64,000 nucleotides of DNA from positions 1,922,001-1,986,000 of the forward strand of contig CATNEN010000041.1 of NCBI GenBank assembly GCA_950097015.1, written 5' to 3'. Position 1 is the first letter of the stretch. The number at the start of each line of letters is the position of its first letter. The notes beneath the pieces were generated by a model. It saw only the letters and a program-made list of their open reading frames with translations. It was not told the origin of the DNA and searched no databases. This stretch comes from Macrostomum hystrix. Its lineage: Eukaryota > Animalia > Platyhelminthes. Positions 1-12,944 of the stretch are shown piece after piece. The translations under genes and the position numbers were made by a program.

Positions 1-224
1 GTTGAAAGTTAAATAAAATCAGCCACTACAATAATGGCGTGGACGAGATAAAAATATGACGCAATCGCTGGGTCAAAAAACTGGATTTGGAGAAACTGGC
101 ATTTTAATCTAGGATGATGGATAGTGAGCAATGGAGTGCCTGCAGAGGGACAAAGAGAAGGATTGTTGTTGGTGGCGAGGAGTAGGATGTCTGTAAATGG
201 TCAGAGAAGAATGATGAGTGTCTT

Positions 225-635
225 GGCTGCAGAGTGACAGAGGGGGAGGAGTGGGGTGGCTGCAGAGGGGCAGAGAGGAAGGAGCGGGGTGGATGCAGAG
301 GGGCAGAGAGGGAGGAGTGGGGTGGCTGCAGAGGGGCAGAGGGGAAGGAGTGGGGTGGCTGCAGAGGAGCAGAGAGGAAGGAGCGGGGTGGATGCAGAGG
401 GGCAGAGAGGGAGGAGTGGGGTGGCTGCAGAGGGGCAGAGAAGGAGGAGTGGGGTGGCTGCAGAGGGGCAAAGGAGGAGTCGAGTGGGTGAGGGGCAGAG
501 AGGGAGGAGTGGGGTGGCTGCAGAGGGGCAGAGAGGGAGGAGTGGGGTGGTTGCAGAGGGGCAGATATGGAGGAGTGGGGTGGCTGCAGAGGGGCAAAGG
601 AGGAGTCGAGTGGGTGAAGAGGGGCAGAAACGTAT
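225..635. repeat. 33-bp G-rich minisatellite, about 12 copies
   Basis: Unit GCAGAGGGGCAGAGAGGGAGGAGTGGGGTGGCT. Confidence 0.9.
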
Positions 636-1799
636 AGCAGATATAGTGATATGAGATGCAGTGCCAAAATAGCATTTTTAATAGCTTCTTCTCCTACAGT
701 GAAACAATAGTGAGAACTATTATAAAAGGCTGGCAGTTATCAGTGCGCCAATAGCAGATTGCAGCAGCGCTCAGACAAAGCACTGTAGTTACAGAATTAA
801 AGTAGAGAAGCTGCAGCTGGCTGCAGGCACCAGTTAAGCAATAAAACTAGCAATGCGCTAAAAGTATACTTTGTACAAAAGAAACAGATAGGGCGCCTTT
901 TCTAAAATATTTAGAAAGAAAAAGTCAGACAAAAATACTAGCAGAGGGCAGAAGGACCCAGGCGCATCAGTGATAAACAAGTGAGCACGCTTGCTGCTTC
1001 CGTTTGATCATTAGCCAGTGCAGCAGTGGCAGTGGATATTCGGTCATTAAAGCAATCTAGAATACAAAAGTGAAGCATGCAACTCATGATGGTCCAAATA
1101 ACGCGTATGCAATGATAAGCTTTGCGCTTGGATTAACTGAGAATCGATTGCAAATCTGAGACTTCCGCGTAATAAACAAATCATCTGAAATTATATTTCA
1201 GCTCGAAATCACAACTCAGGCTGAAGTGCGTGAGTGTAATAACAGGACAGTTGCAAGGAACTGCCGGTTGGACATTTGGGACCGAAGCGAGTGCAAAACA
1301 GGGAAATAAATGAACAATTGTAAACAGGAGTGAGGTAAGCGCGAATGGCGAAGAAATGGAGTGAGGTGGGTGCGCTGTGCGTACAGTGAGGGGTGAGGTG
1401 GGTGTGCAGTTTGCGGCTAGAGAGTAGTGAGGTGGGTTCGCTGTGTGCGTACAGTGAGGAGTGAGGTGGGTGTGCAGTTTCCGGAGAGGAATGAAGTGGG
1501 TGCGGTGTGCGTACAGGATGTGGGTGCGAAATGTGAGGCCAGAGAGGGGTGACGTCGGTGCGCAATTTGTGGCGAGAGAGGAGTGGGGAGGGTGAGCAGA
1601 GTAAAAAGGACGGGAGGAAGGCGGGAAGACAGTGCTGTATAACGCAAATCACAGAGAAGCATTACACAATTTAGAATGCCAGGTTCGTCATTTAATTACG
1701 AATACAATAAATTACGGGTAAAAGAGAACAGAAAAGGCTGAAAGAATAAAAGAATACTGTGTACTCTGCTATGTGTGAGCGTAATTGTAGGCTGGGAGG

Positions 1800-4700
1800 T
1801 CACTGGACGGCGCAGTCAATGCCGACTGTGCCGGAGTCATCAGTGGGCACTCTAAGAACGTTGGCTAACGCCCTAAACAGGTATGTCAGCGTACCGAACC
1901 TGCCGCTAGGCGCCGAGTCGTAGAAATGCGCGCAGATGCCGCAGGCTCCGCCGCAGGCCAGCGACTTGTCAGCGCTGGCGCAGCAGGAGACGGCATCGCC
2001 GCCGTGAGCGGCCTGGTCGGCCAGGAAGAGCCGGTTGGCCTCCGTGACCAGCTGCTCCACCTGCAGCACGCGGTGCAGGTCGATGCAGCCGTGCGGGTCC
2101 ATGTCGGGCAGCCGGACCAGCAGGCTGAGCGCCTCGACCAGCAGCTGGCGGTACTCGGGCACCTGCACCGCCGTTATCGCCGCCTCCACCTGCAGCGCGA
2201 ACTTCACCTCGCCAGCCGTCATCTCCCTGGTCAGGTGCTGCCCGATCACGTGATTGTTGATGCTCAGGCCCTCCGTGCGCTCCATGAGGCGCCAGACGCG
2301 CCGGTAGAAGTCGGCCGGCACCCGGTTCAGCGCGCCGTCGATCTTGCGCCGCCGCAGCCACTGACCCTGCCGGTCTGAGCTCAGGCTCTGCGTCAGCCGC
2401 GACTCGCCCGACGACGAGGTGGCCGCTTGCGGATCGCTCGGGTGACGCCTGCGAGGATCCAGAATGTGGGAGTCCGCCTGCGGGATTCGGGAAGAGGAAC
2501 GATTGATCATTTGAGAGCATTTGAAATGGGATTAGGGGTTGGGATTCGGGAGGTTGGGGATGGGGATGGTTGGGATCTGAGAAGATTAGGGGTCGGAGGT
2601 TGGGGTTGGGGATGGGTGGGATCTGAGAAGATTAGGGTTCGGAGGTTGGGGATGGGTGGGATCTGAGAAGATTAGGGTTCGGAGGTTGGGGATGGGGATG
2701 GGATGGGGATGGGTGGGATCTGAGAAGATTAGGGTTTGGAGGTTGGGATGGGGATGGGATGGGGATGGGTGGGATCTGAGAAGATTAGGGTTCGGAGGTT
2801 GGGGATGGGTGGGATCTGAGAAGATTAGGGTTCGGAGGTTGGGGTTGGTGATGGGTGGGATCTGAGAAGATTAGGGTTCGGAGGTTGGGGTTGGTGATGG
2901 GTGGGATCTGAGAAGATTAGGGTTCGGAGGTTAGGGATGGTGATGGGTGGGATCTGGGAAGATTAGGGTTCGGAGGTTAGGTATAGGGATGGGTGGGATC
3001 TGGGAAGATTAGGGTTCGGAGGTTAGGTATAGGGATGGTGAGATATGGGTCTGTGGAGGCTTAAACTGAGGATGGGTGGGATCTGGGAAGATGCGGGAAG
3101 GATCGAAAAAGAGAAATTTTTAGCTATGCATTTTTAGCTACACAAGACATGCTCACACTCGTCTACTAATAGTAGGGCTGACAACAGAAAAAAGTTTGAA
3201 GGATAAACTAACAGCTCATATATTTTGTGTTTTCAGCAGCTAGCTGTGAAGATGTCTTTGAATCGTGCAACCGACACAGGGCGGGAGTAGCAGCACAGAA
3301 AAGCAACTGAGACAGCAAGCAGAGAGAAACAAATTAAACAGAAGATTTCGACAACAAAAACTAATTGAGTTTGCGCCCAGTCGGATTCTCACCTCCACAA
3401 CAACTCTACGGCTTCCAACTGAAGTGCGAATGGGGATTTGGGATTGACGTATTTTAGCTGCCTGCTGAAAACCATTAACTCTGCAGTGCAGAATATAACT
3501 GATTACAAGTAGTCAGTAGTAAGTAACGAGTGCGAGCATTATTTTTCGCTTAAAAATGACAAGTGTATCAACCCTAAGTAAAGGCAGCAGATGAACCTGG
3601 GAAGATGGAGGAGGCTGGGAGAATAAGAGGAGAATAGGACACTGCAGGCCAATGGCCTGACGCACTGACCGCCTGCCGAGGTCCAATGGACTTGGAGCCG
3701 CCGGAGCCGAGCCTGGCGCGCCGGCCGTGAATACTGCGGCCGAGTTCGGTCTCATTGGTTGACACAATGGTCAGGTGGGAGGCCTCGCCCTGCTGCTGCT
3801 CCACTGAAGTTTTCAGCGAATTTTCCAATGTAATTTAGCTTTCAGAAATTTAGCAATTGTTCGTACTAGTCATGCGATAAGTTTAATCATAAGGCGCTGC
3901 AACTGAACAAAGACTTTGTGTCACTTACCGTACTCCGCGTGGAACTCCTTGCCGCTGAGAATGTGATGTAGCAGGGTCTTCATCTCGTACGGACTCAAGC
4001 TGAGCAGGTGCTCAGTAGCATCCTCGGCTGCGAGGGGAGGAGAGGAAAAAGGTGATGTTGGCAGCACTAGGCAGAGAGGAGTGAGGTGGGCGGGACTGGG
4101 CAAAGGAGGAGTGAGGTGGGCGGGATTGGGCAAAGGAGGAGTGAGGTGGGCGGGACTGGGCAAAAGAGGAGTGAGGTGGGCGGGATTGGGCAAAGGAGGA
4201 GTGAGGTGGGCGGGACTGGGCAAAGGAGGGGTGAGTTGGGCGGGACTGGGCAAAAGAGGAGTGAGGTGGGCGGGATTGGGCAAAGGAGGAGTGAGGTGGG
4301 CGGGACTGGGCAAAAGAGGAGTGAGGTGGGCGGGATTGGGCAAAGGAGGAGTGAGGTGGGCGGGACTGGGCAAAGGAGGGGTGAGTTGGGCGGGACTGGG
4401 CAAAGGAGGAGTGAGGTGGGCGGGACTGGGCAAAAGAGGAGTGAGGTGGGCGGGATTGGGCAAAGGAGGAGTGAGGTGGGTGGCAGTGGGAAGAGAGGGG
4501 AATGGTCCAACCTGACCAATGAAACACAATGACTCACCGTTAAGTCTAAGTGAGCGGCCGATTTCGGTGCCCATGACTCGGATGATGAGGCCCACTCGAA
4601 TGCGGTACATGTTAGCAAAGAGCTGCGGCTCAGTCCTGGCCAGCATGCTGAGATACACGAGCACCTCCTGTGTTAAGACACCTAAAGTTAAATCGTTGAA

Positions 4701-7700
4701 GCTGGCCTGCTTGATGAGCTCCTTCAGCTCCTTGGACGATTGCGGTGAAGTGATGAGGCAGTTCTCGGGCTCCGGTGGCAGGCCGATGGTGACCTGCTTC
4801 TGCCGCACCAGCAGGTCGGTGATACACACAGGCAGGTTCTCTACCACCTTCTCCAGCATGCCGGCTGTGTACCGGACCAGCCACCACTGCTTGGTGGCGC
4901 CCGCCCGTTCGTAAAGCTCAGAGACCAGGTCGCGCAGGGTCACGGAGCCACTCTTCTCCTTCCAGCCGGTGTCATGGTTCAGCCCCCTGCGATGGTGGGT
5001 GCGTAGGGCGGTGTGGATGTTCCCTGCTCTGTAAATCATAACCGACCACCCCACTTCTTAGGGAAGTGGCAGAGCGGCTAACGTGCCTGCCTCTCGCACC
5101 AACGTCCCTGAGCTCGATTACACGACGAGAAAATTATTTGGGCCCAATCGTGGAGACAGGGCTTGGGGGCTTGTCGTGCAATCCACGCCCTTGAGGGCCT
5201 TCAAGGCACAGTAAGAGTGCCCCACTGCCTGACGATGAGAAAGTCAGGGCAGATGTACACACCTGAGTGAGCTTTGCCTGCGTACGGTATCGGGTCTATT
5301 GTCACCAACTGATGTGTCATTGACCGCAGCCGTCCTGCAATTATTATTATTACTATACCCCATTCTCTTACCAAATCACCCCAATTCCTTATCCAACCAC
5401 CCCACTTCCTTATCCAACCACCCCACTTCCTTATCCAACCACCCCACTTCCTTATCCAACCACCCCACTTCCTTATCCAACCACCCCACTTCCTTATCCA
5501 ACTACCCCACTTCCTTATCCAACCACCCCAATTCCTTATCCAACTACCCCACTTCCTTATCCAACCACCCCACTTCCTTATCCAACCACCCCACGTCCTT
5601 ATCCAACCACCCCACGTCCTTATCCAACCACCCCACGTCCTTATCCAACTACCCCACTTCCTTATCCAACCACCCCACTTCCTTATCTAACCACCCCACG
5701 TCCTTATCCAACCACCCCACGTCCTTATCCAACCAACCCACGTCCTTATCCAACCACCCCACTTCCTTATCCTGTGAGATGATCATGTACTATATGGAGA
5801 CTAAATACTGCCTTATCAATGGGCCAAAACTCCTGTAGGCTTGCTGAGCGTGTGAGAGACAGATAGAGGGGCCAAAACGGCTTTGAGGAAATGTACTCGA
5901 GTTAGAGTGCCAGGTGACGATTTTATCTCATAATATATCCACTAAATCTCCTACGTCTTCGTCAATCGTCTGTTCAGCGGAAGGGCTAACAATGGCGACG
6001 AGGATGCCGAGCATCGCCCCTCTGGAAGAAGGTGACGAACCCCCGATCGATGGCTGCAGCGATTCGAGGTATGCGCGACATTACATGAGTGGAACGACGA
6101 TAAGAAAGCAAGCGCATTCCTGGCACTCATCGCAAGCGAATGTTCAAGCTGATGGTTGATGCTGCCTTACCTGAAAAACTGCAGGCAAATCGTACGCTAA
6201 GGAGAGAAAATGAGTGGGGTGGGTGCAGAGAAAAGGAGTGGGGTGGGTGCAGAGAAGAGGAGTTGGGCGGGGGCAGAGAAAAGGAGTGAGTGGGTGCAGA
6301 GAAAAGGAGTGGGGTGGGTGCAGAGAAAAGGAGTGAGTGGGTGCAGAGAAAAGGTGTGGGGTGGGTGCAGAGAAAAGGAGTGAGTGGGTGCAGAGAAAAC
6401 GAGTGGGTGGGTGCAGAGAATTCAAAGCACAGAAGTCAGTCATTGCCTGCTAGTACGAGTCAAAACAGGAGCCAAATGAGGACATTGCCACCTACAGCAA
6501 ATGACATGCTATTGCTGTGGGAAACCTGTCACGTGACTGCCGCTTCAAGACGTTAGAGTGCGAAACATAACCAAACATAACCCCAGCAACCACCTCACTC
6601 ACGTACAGCCACCCACTCTCTAAACAGCCGACTCACTTGTCTAGATACAGCTGATAGATAATCTCAAACTGCTCATAGAGATGCTCGGACTGCTCCAAGC
6701 GTCTGAGCAGCTCCTTCTCGGCCAGCTCAGATAGCTGGCAGGCCGGGGATTCGTGCCTCTCAATGAGCACCCGCTTGTAGAGCTTCATGAGGTCTGCGCT
6801 GCTAGCGTGCTCTGTGGAGTCCTTGAGCACGTACTTGGCTGCGAACGGGGTTAATAAAGTGCTCGTGAGATCTGATGCCGTGGCTCCAGTGTCTATGGTC
6901 CAGACCGGCTGGATGATTCACGGGAACTCAGAAAACAGTGCCACAATGAAAATGCGTGCGCGAACACATGTAGGCCGGCATCGGATTCAAGTACGAAAAA
7001 TGGAAAATTAGCCTTCAATTAGTTTGATATTAGCCGGCTCAAACACAAGCACTCAGATCCGAATATGGAAAATTAGCCTTCAATTAGTTTGATATTAGCC
7101 AGCTCAAACACAAGCACTCAGATCCGAATATGGAAAATTAGCCTTCAATTAGTTTGATATTAGCCAGCTCAAACAAAAGCACTCAGATCCGAATATGGAA
7201 AATTAGCCTTCAATTAGTTTGATATTAGCCGGCTCAAACACAAGCACTCAGATCCGAATATGGAAAATTAGCCTTCAATTAGTTTGATATTAGCCAGCTC
7301 AAACACAAGCACTCAGATCCGAATATGGAAAATTAGCCTTCAATTAGTTTGATATTAGCCAGCTCAAACACAAGCACTCAGATCCGAATATGGAAAATTA
7401 GCCTTCAATTAGTTTGATATTAGCCAGCTCAAACACAAGCACTCAGATCCGAATATGGAAAATTAGCCTTCAATTAGTTTGATATTAGCCGGCTCAAACA
7501 CAAGCACTCAGATCCGAATATGGAAAATTAGCCTTCAATTAGTTTGATATTAGCCAGCTCAAACACAAGCACTCAGATCCGAATATGGAAAATTAGCCTT
7601 CAATTAGTTTGATATTAGCCGGCTCAAACACAAGCACTCAGATCCGAATATGGAAAATTAGCCTTCAATTAGTTTGATATTAGCCGGCTCAAACACAAGC

Positions 7701-10700
7701 ACTCAGATCCGAATATGGAAAATTAGCCTTCAATTAGTTTGATATTAGCCGGCTTAAACACAAGCACTCAGATCCGAATATGGAAAATTAGCCTTCAATT
7801 AGTTTGATATTAGCCGGCTCAAACACAAGCACTCAGATCCGAATAATGAGAAACGCAAAATAATTGTAGATTGAAATTAACAAATAAAATAAACAAAAAC
7901 TATTAGTGCAACTTAAATATTGATTAGCATTCTACTGACAATGGCGTTAATTAACTGTTTAGCAAGCCAAATACACTTTTGCGAAAGAAAAAAGCAGCAA
8001 AATTGATGTTGCTAGGCACCCTAGCAACACTGGGCGCCGGAGTCGTCCCACCTGTGGCCTCGCTGCGACGCGCCTCGGATACGATCTCAGCCAGGCCTCC
8101 TTTCATCTCACCCGACCCTGCTGGCGATGCTGCTGCTGATGTTGCTGCTTTCAAGGAAGGGGAAATCCTGTTTCTTTTAGCTTTGAGCGAATTGAAGAAT
8201 TTGACATTTAAGTGCGATCATGAGGCATTTAGTGACAGTTTCTGTGATGACACCAGACATTACTATCTGACAGATATTGTCTGACATTCTGAGATACTGT
8301 CTGAGATTCTGAGATACTGTCTGACATCCTGAGATATTGTCTGACATTCTGTGATACTGTCTGAGATTCTGAGATACAGTATGACATCACGAGATATTGT
8401 CAGACAGCCTGAGTTATATTCCTACATTTTTCGGATATTGTCAGATGGTGTGAGATATCCGGGACATTGTTTAAACAGCAAGCAAATCAACAACAGACAG
8501 TGCGGCAAAGTGACAACTGACAAACTGCTCGCAAAATAGAAAAATGCCAGCTGTCAAACACGAATAGAAATGGCAGGCGAGGGCCAGACAACACTGTAGG
8601 AAAGCTGTGAGGCACCGCCGTTACCTTCAACGAAGCAATCAACTGTGGGGAAAACTGAAAGCGGGCGCGGGCAGGTCATCGTTCAATGATGGGATAATTA
8701 GGACCACTACCAATATAAATGGGAATAGCTACCATTGGAGAAAGATGGAACAAGATGCCAGGTGCTTCATTGTGCACAGCTGTTCAGTCCATGGACCCAA
8801 AAATCTACCCCAGCGAATTCTGGTAGCCATTACTCAGCTGGGTGAACTAAAGCAATGGGAATTGCTCAAAGACGCAAATACGAACACCCGACCTCCCGGT
8901 CAGAATGTCTGCCATTGCGACATTCCGAAAGCAGTTTCGGATAATCATTCAAAAGTTTCATTACAATTCATAAGCGCAATGTAAAATAAAAGTTCAAAGC
9001 TGCCAGAATGCCCAAAGCCTCCGATCTCGGCCGGCCATCCCAAGCTTCTCACCTTCATCATCGATGGTTGCCAGCGAGGTCTCGAAGCGGCCGAGGTCGA
9101 TGGACACGGCGCTGGTGAGCGCCACTGATTTTTTTCGTCGAACTCTGACGGCGAAATCCGGCGCCCCGCCGCCAGACCCGGGCGCCGGGGAAGTCGCTGC
9201 CGAGGCGGCTGCAGACGCGGAGGCGGCCGAGTCGGGCGCAGCGGAGGCGGAGGCGGCGGAGCCGCCTGAGCCGGAGCCGAGTCGGCTGCGGCCGCGGCGA
9301 GACGATCTGGATGCGATCTTCGCCTGCTCCAGCAGGTCATCTGGTACAGGCCGTGGTGGATCATTCTTAATCTGTGCCCGTCAACTTGGCAACCAAGGGT
9401 TCCCCAATCCGCTGAGCTCGAGATTTTATTGGGGGTGAGTTGGGATGTGACTGAGTTGGGATGTGAATGAGTTGGGATGTGAATGAGTTGGGATGTCAGT
9501 GAGTTGGGATGTGAATGAGTTGGGATATTAGTGAGTTGGGTTGTCAGTGAGTTGGGATGTCAATGAGTTGGGATGTCAGTGAGTTGGGATGTGAATGAGT
9601 TAGGATATTAGTGAGTTGGGTTGTCAGTGAGTTGGGATGTCAATGAGTTGGGATGTCAGTGAGTTGGGATGTGAATGAGTTAGGATATTAGTGAGTTGGG
9701 TTGTCAGTGAGTTGGGATGTCAATGAGTTGGGATATTAGTGAGTTGGGATATTTTTCAGCGAAATTCTTTCAGTCCTTTTTCAGCGAAAGCGAAATGCAT
9801 CTTTACTAAGGGAGAATTTAATAAAATAATTTGCGGGAGCTGCAAAATTGGATTTCAACAAATCCAGAACTCCAGAACTGCAGAACTCACCGCCCTTGGC
9901 CTGGTCCAGAAAGTTCATGCTAGTCAGGCAGCTCGTGTCCTTAAAGTCGGATAGCATTCCCAGCGTGACCCTGGCGAAGATGGCGGGGGCGGGGGTCAAA
10001 CAGCCAACGGTTTTGCTGATTAATCGAGCTACTCGAGGTCAGCGGAAGCTTACCTGGTGCCGTTAATGTAGCCGCTCTGCAGCTTCTTGACGGTGGAGTA
10101 CAGGGCAGCGGGCACGGGCAGGTCGGGGCTGAAGTACCAGTGATAAACTGGAATGATAAACAGCGGACGGCCCACAGCAGCCCAGGTGCGCCGGAGGTAG
10201 GCCACGTGGGTCCGGAACTGGTCCAGCAGGAAGTCCAGGTCCAGGCTAAGGTAGAAGGAGTGGTGATCCAGGAACTGGGGGGTGAAGGCCAGCAGCTGGG
10301 AGCCCATGTTGTACAAGCGGCTAGTAGCCAGCACGCCGGCCTCCGGGTTCTGCCTGCCCGACAGGCCGAGCTGCTGGCAGCGGCCCAGGTGGCTGTAGAA
10401 GTGGCCGAGCAGCTTGGCCGGGAAGATGCAGACCCCGGTCTCACTCTGAACCTCGTCAAAGTCCTGCGTCACCAAGCCCAGCTGGCGCTCCAGGCCCGCC
10501 TGGATCTTCGGGTCCTCGGCGATGATCACCACCTGCGATGGCATGCGGGCAGGCTTTGCAGTGTCTGCTGCCGGGAATCCGATTCTCGTAACAGATCCCA
10601 CATCTGCCATGGAGCTTGGAGCAGATCCCTCTGCCCAGTTCCCTAAGCAATTCCCAGATCAATAATGTAGACTCTAGATCCCCAATGCAGATCCCAAAGA

Positions 10701-12941
10701 TCCAATGCAAGATCCCAGATCCCCAATTCAGATCGCAGAGCCCCAATTCATATTCCTGATCCATAATTCAGATCCGAGATCCTCAATGCAGATCCCAGAT
10801 CACTAATGCAGATCGCAGATCCCCAATTCAGATCCCAAATCCTCAATTCAGATTGCAGAGCCCCAATTCATATTCCTGATCCATAATTCAGATCCGAGAT
10901 CCTCAATGCAGATCCCAGATCACTAATGCAGATCGCAGATCCCCAATTCAGATCCCAGATCCCCAATTCAGATCCCAGATCCCTAATTCAGATCCCAGAT
11001 CCTCAATGCAGATCCCACATCCTCAATGCAGATCCCCAGATCCCCAATTCAGATCCCAGATCCCCATTTCAGATCCCCAATTCAGATCCCAGATCCTCAA
11101 TGCAGATCCCCAGATCCCCAATTCAGATCCCAGATCCTCAATGCAGATCCCCAGATCCCCAATTCAGATCCCAGATCCTCAATGCAGATCCCCAGATCCC
11201 CAATTCAGATCCCAGAGCCCCAATCCAGAATGAAGCAAAATGCATGCCAGCCGCACCTGCACGACCAGATCAGGCTTGGTCTCGGTCGCCAGTCGCCTGC
11301 CCAGCGGGTCAATCTCCTGAGGCCGCAGGAAGCCATCCAACAGCAGCAGGCAAATTGTGTACACTGACTGGGACCAAAGGTGGGGCAAAGCGCCAACCGG
11401 ATGCCGCTCCTGACTGCCCGGCCGGGCCCGCTCCTCGGCAACCAGATCAGCGGGCACAGCGTAGGACTCGGGCATGAGCGGCCGGCCGCTGGGGTCGGGC
11501 AGGGCCAGCCGCTCGAGCAGGGCCGCGTATTTCTTGCTGCGCTCGGCGTCCTCGTGGAACAGCGCGTCCAGCAGCTGGTAGCAGAAGAACAGCGGCCATT
11601 CGCACTCGATGTTCTCGAACTGCTTCAGCTCGCACGGCTCGTAGTGCAGCCGGGTCGGGTCCTCGACCGCGGTGCGGTAGCCATCGCGCAGGAAGCGGCA
11701 GCAGCCGTATCTGCAAGTTTTAGTTGGCAAATGGATTATTCGAATACACAATTCGCACATTTCTACTTACCAGTAGAGTGGTGAGGATAGGCAGAGTTGT
11801 AAAGGCGCTGAACGGAGACTAAGTAAACCTAGTGCAGTTGGGCCAGATGTACAGTCACTGCTATATCAAAGGCTGTTACAGCTGTTTACTCCATGGGCTA
11901 GGGGGCACCACACCAACAAAGGCTGTTAAAGCTGTTTACTCCATGGGTTATTATTTAAAGGAATATTTGGGTCAAGGTCACAAATTTTCCTTTGGGCTGA
12001 GATTTGACCTCCCGGCCTGGGAAACAAGCTAGACCGGAGGCTCATGGAATGGATGGGTGGGTGAATCGCAGCAATACAGGAACGGACCTGCCCTCCAGCA
12101 TGCTCTCGATGCAGCCTCGGGTGCTGTTGACAACATCCTCGTTGTCGATGGCGAAGGCAGGGTAGCCGATGACGGACAGCAGGCCGGCGTCCGTCTCCTT
12201 GGAGCAGCTCTCCCTGGGCAGCATGCTCTCCAGGACAGCCGCGCAGCTCTGCGGATCGTCTGCCATGACGTGGACGAAGGACCTGGTGCCGCCGCTGCTG
12301 CCGAACAGATCCAGCTCAGCCAGGGCCTCCAGGGCGGCCTTGGCCATGCCAATGGAGGTGGAGTTGAGCTCCGGCAGGCCGTGGTTGGTTTTGTCGCCGC
12401 GCTCCCAGATGCCATAGTCGGACACGGTGTAAGCGGACTCCAGGTAGAACACGAGGTTCTGCACGAAGGCCACCTCCTCGGGAGTGTAGATGAGCACCAG
12501 GCCGGAGGCGGTCATCTGCGCTAGGGCCAGCAGGTACAGGGACACAGCGTCCAGCTGCAGGTGGCCGTACTCGCCATCCCCAGTGACGGGGCCGAGGTCG
12601 CTGGCGGAGAATTTGCAGTGCAGGGCGTCCAGCGGCTGCCGGCTGGTCTTGAAGCGCTCGAGTTTGTCGGACTGTCGCATCATGCACTGCAGCAGGCTGC
12701 GCATGCACTTCACGGCCCGGCCCTCCAGATCCTTCAGGCGGGCGCGGTCTTCGTCAGCCTCAGCGACCTTCTTGTAGGCCAGGGCCAGCGCCCAGACGCA
12801 CATGGCAGCATAGGTGTTGTCCCGGATGTACGCATGGTCCTGGTGCTCAGAGCTGGCCACAAGCCCAGTGACCGGGTTCTGGCGGTGCAGCACTGTGTCC
12901 AGCACCAGGCCATGGTAGAAATCGAGCTGCCGGCGAGTTGA
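1800..12941 (-). CDS. PHKA: Phosphorylase b kinase regulatory subunit alpha (PHKA1/2-like), spliced; about 1241 aa including tentative exon 1
   Basis: Exons (minus): 12941-12088, 11710-11257, 10532-10054, 9970-9891, 9340-9053, 6838-6637, 4986-4538, 4027-3929, 3803-3670, 2477-1800. All introns are GT-AG and phase-consistent. Motifs QNPVTGL, GHLQLDA, GIWERGDKTNHG, RYGCCRFLRDGY, FENIECEWPLF, LLHHILSGKEF, QWLRRRKIDGALNRVP and YDSAPSGRFGT match PhK alpha. The C-terminal CAVQ CaaX box resembles alpha-type CxxQ ends. Confidence 0.95.
2530..3090. repeat. About 40-bp G-rich minisatellite in last PHKA intron
   Basis: Unit GGGTGGGATCTGAGAAGATTAGGGTTCGGAGGTTGGGGAT with variable GGGAT sub-repeats. Confidence 0.9.
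4075..4485. repeat. 30-bp minisatellite, about 13 copies, fills most of a PHKA intron
   Basis: Unit GGAGTGAGGTGGGCGGGACTGGGCAAAGGA. Confidence 0.95.
5061..5352 (+). mobile_element. Putative tRNA-derived SINE
   Basis: A box TGGCAGAGCGG at 5067-5077, degenerate B box GCTCGATTAC at 5112-5121, internal hairpins and an (ATT)4 tail at about 5340-5351. It interrupts the first unit of the adjacent 21-bp array. Confidence 0.4.
5365..5770. repeat. 21-bp minisatellite, about 19 copies
   Basis: Unit CCCCACTTCCTTATCCAACCA. Confidence 0.95.
6210..6420. repeat. About 25-bp purine-rich tandem repeat
   Basis: Unit close to GTGGGTGCAGAGAAAAGGAGTG(G/A). Confidence 0.85.
7001..7845. repeat. 65-bp tandem repeat, 13 copies
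   Basis: Near-identical unit GGAAAATTAGCCTTCAATTAGTTTGATATTAGCC(G/A)GCTCAAACACAAGCACTCAGATCCGAATAT. Confidence 0.95.
8270..8400. repeat. 20-bp degenerate tandem repeat
   Basis: Unit close to TCTGACATTCTGAGATACTG. Confidence 0.75.
9440..9750. repeat. 16-bp minisatellite, about 19 copies
   Basis: Unit GAGTTGGGATGT(GAAT/CAGT/CAAT). Confidence 0.9.
10620..11220. repeat. Heterogeneous GATCCC-rich tandem repeat
   Basis: Interleaved CAGATCCCAGATCCCCAATT and CCTCAATGCAGATCCC units. Confidence 0.9.
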
Positions 12942-12944
12942 CTG

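Noticed and set aside
2530-3030. TTAGGG in each unit as interstitial telomeric repeat
   Set aside because: Single hexamers inside a 40-bp unit, never tandem; expected in a G-rich unit.
5225-5252. CTGACGA...GAAA as a hammerhead
   Set aside because: No stem II can form between the two motifs; the sequence folds as a simple hairpin.
8607-8984. 125-aa plus-strand ORF antisense in a PHKA intron, with a faint resemblance to LINE RT C-termini (LPQRIL...LGELK)
   Set aside because: The diagnostic WN-LP motif is absent and codon usage is unlike the real exons, so it is unsupported.
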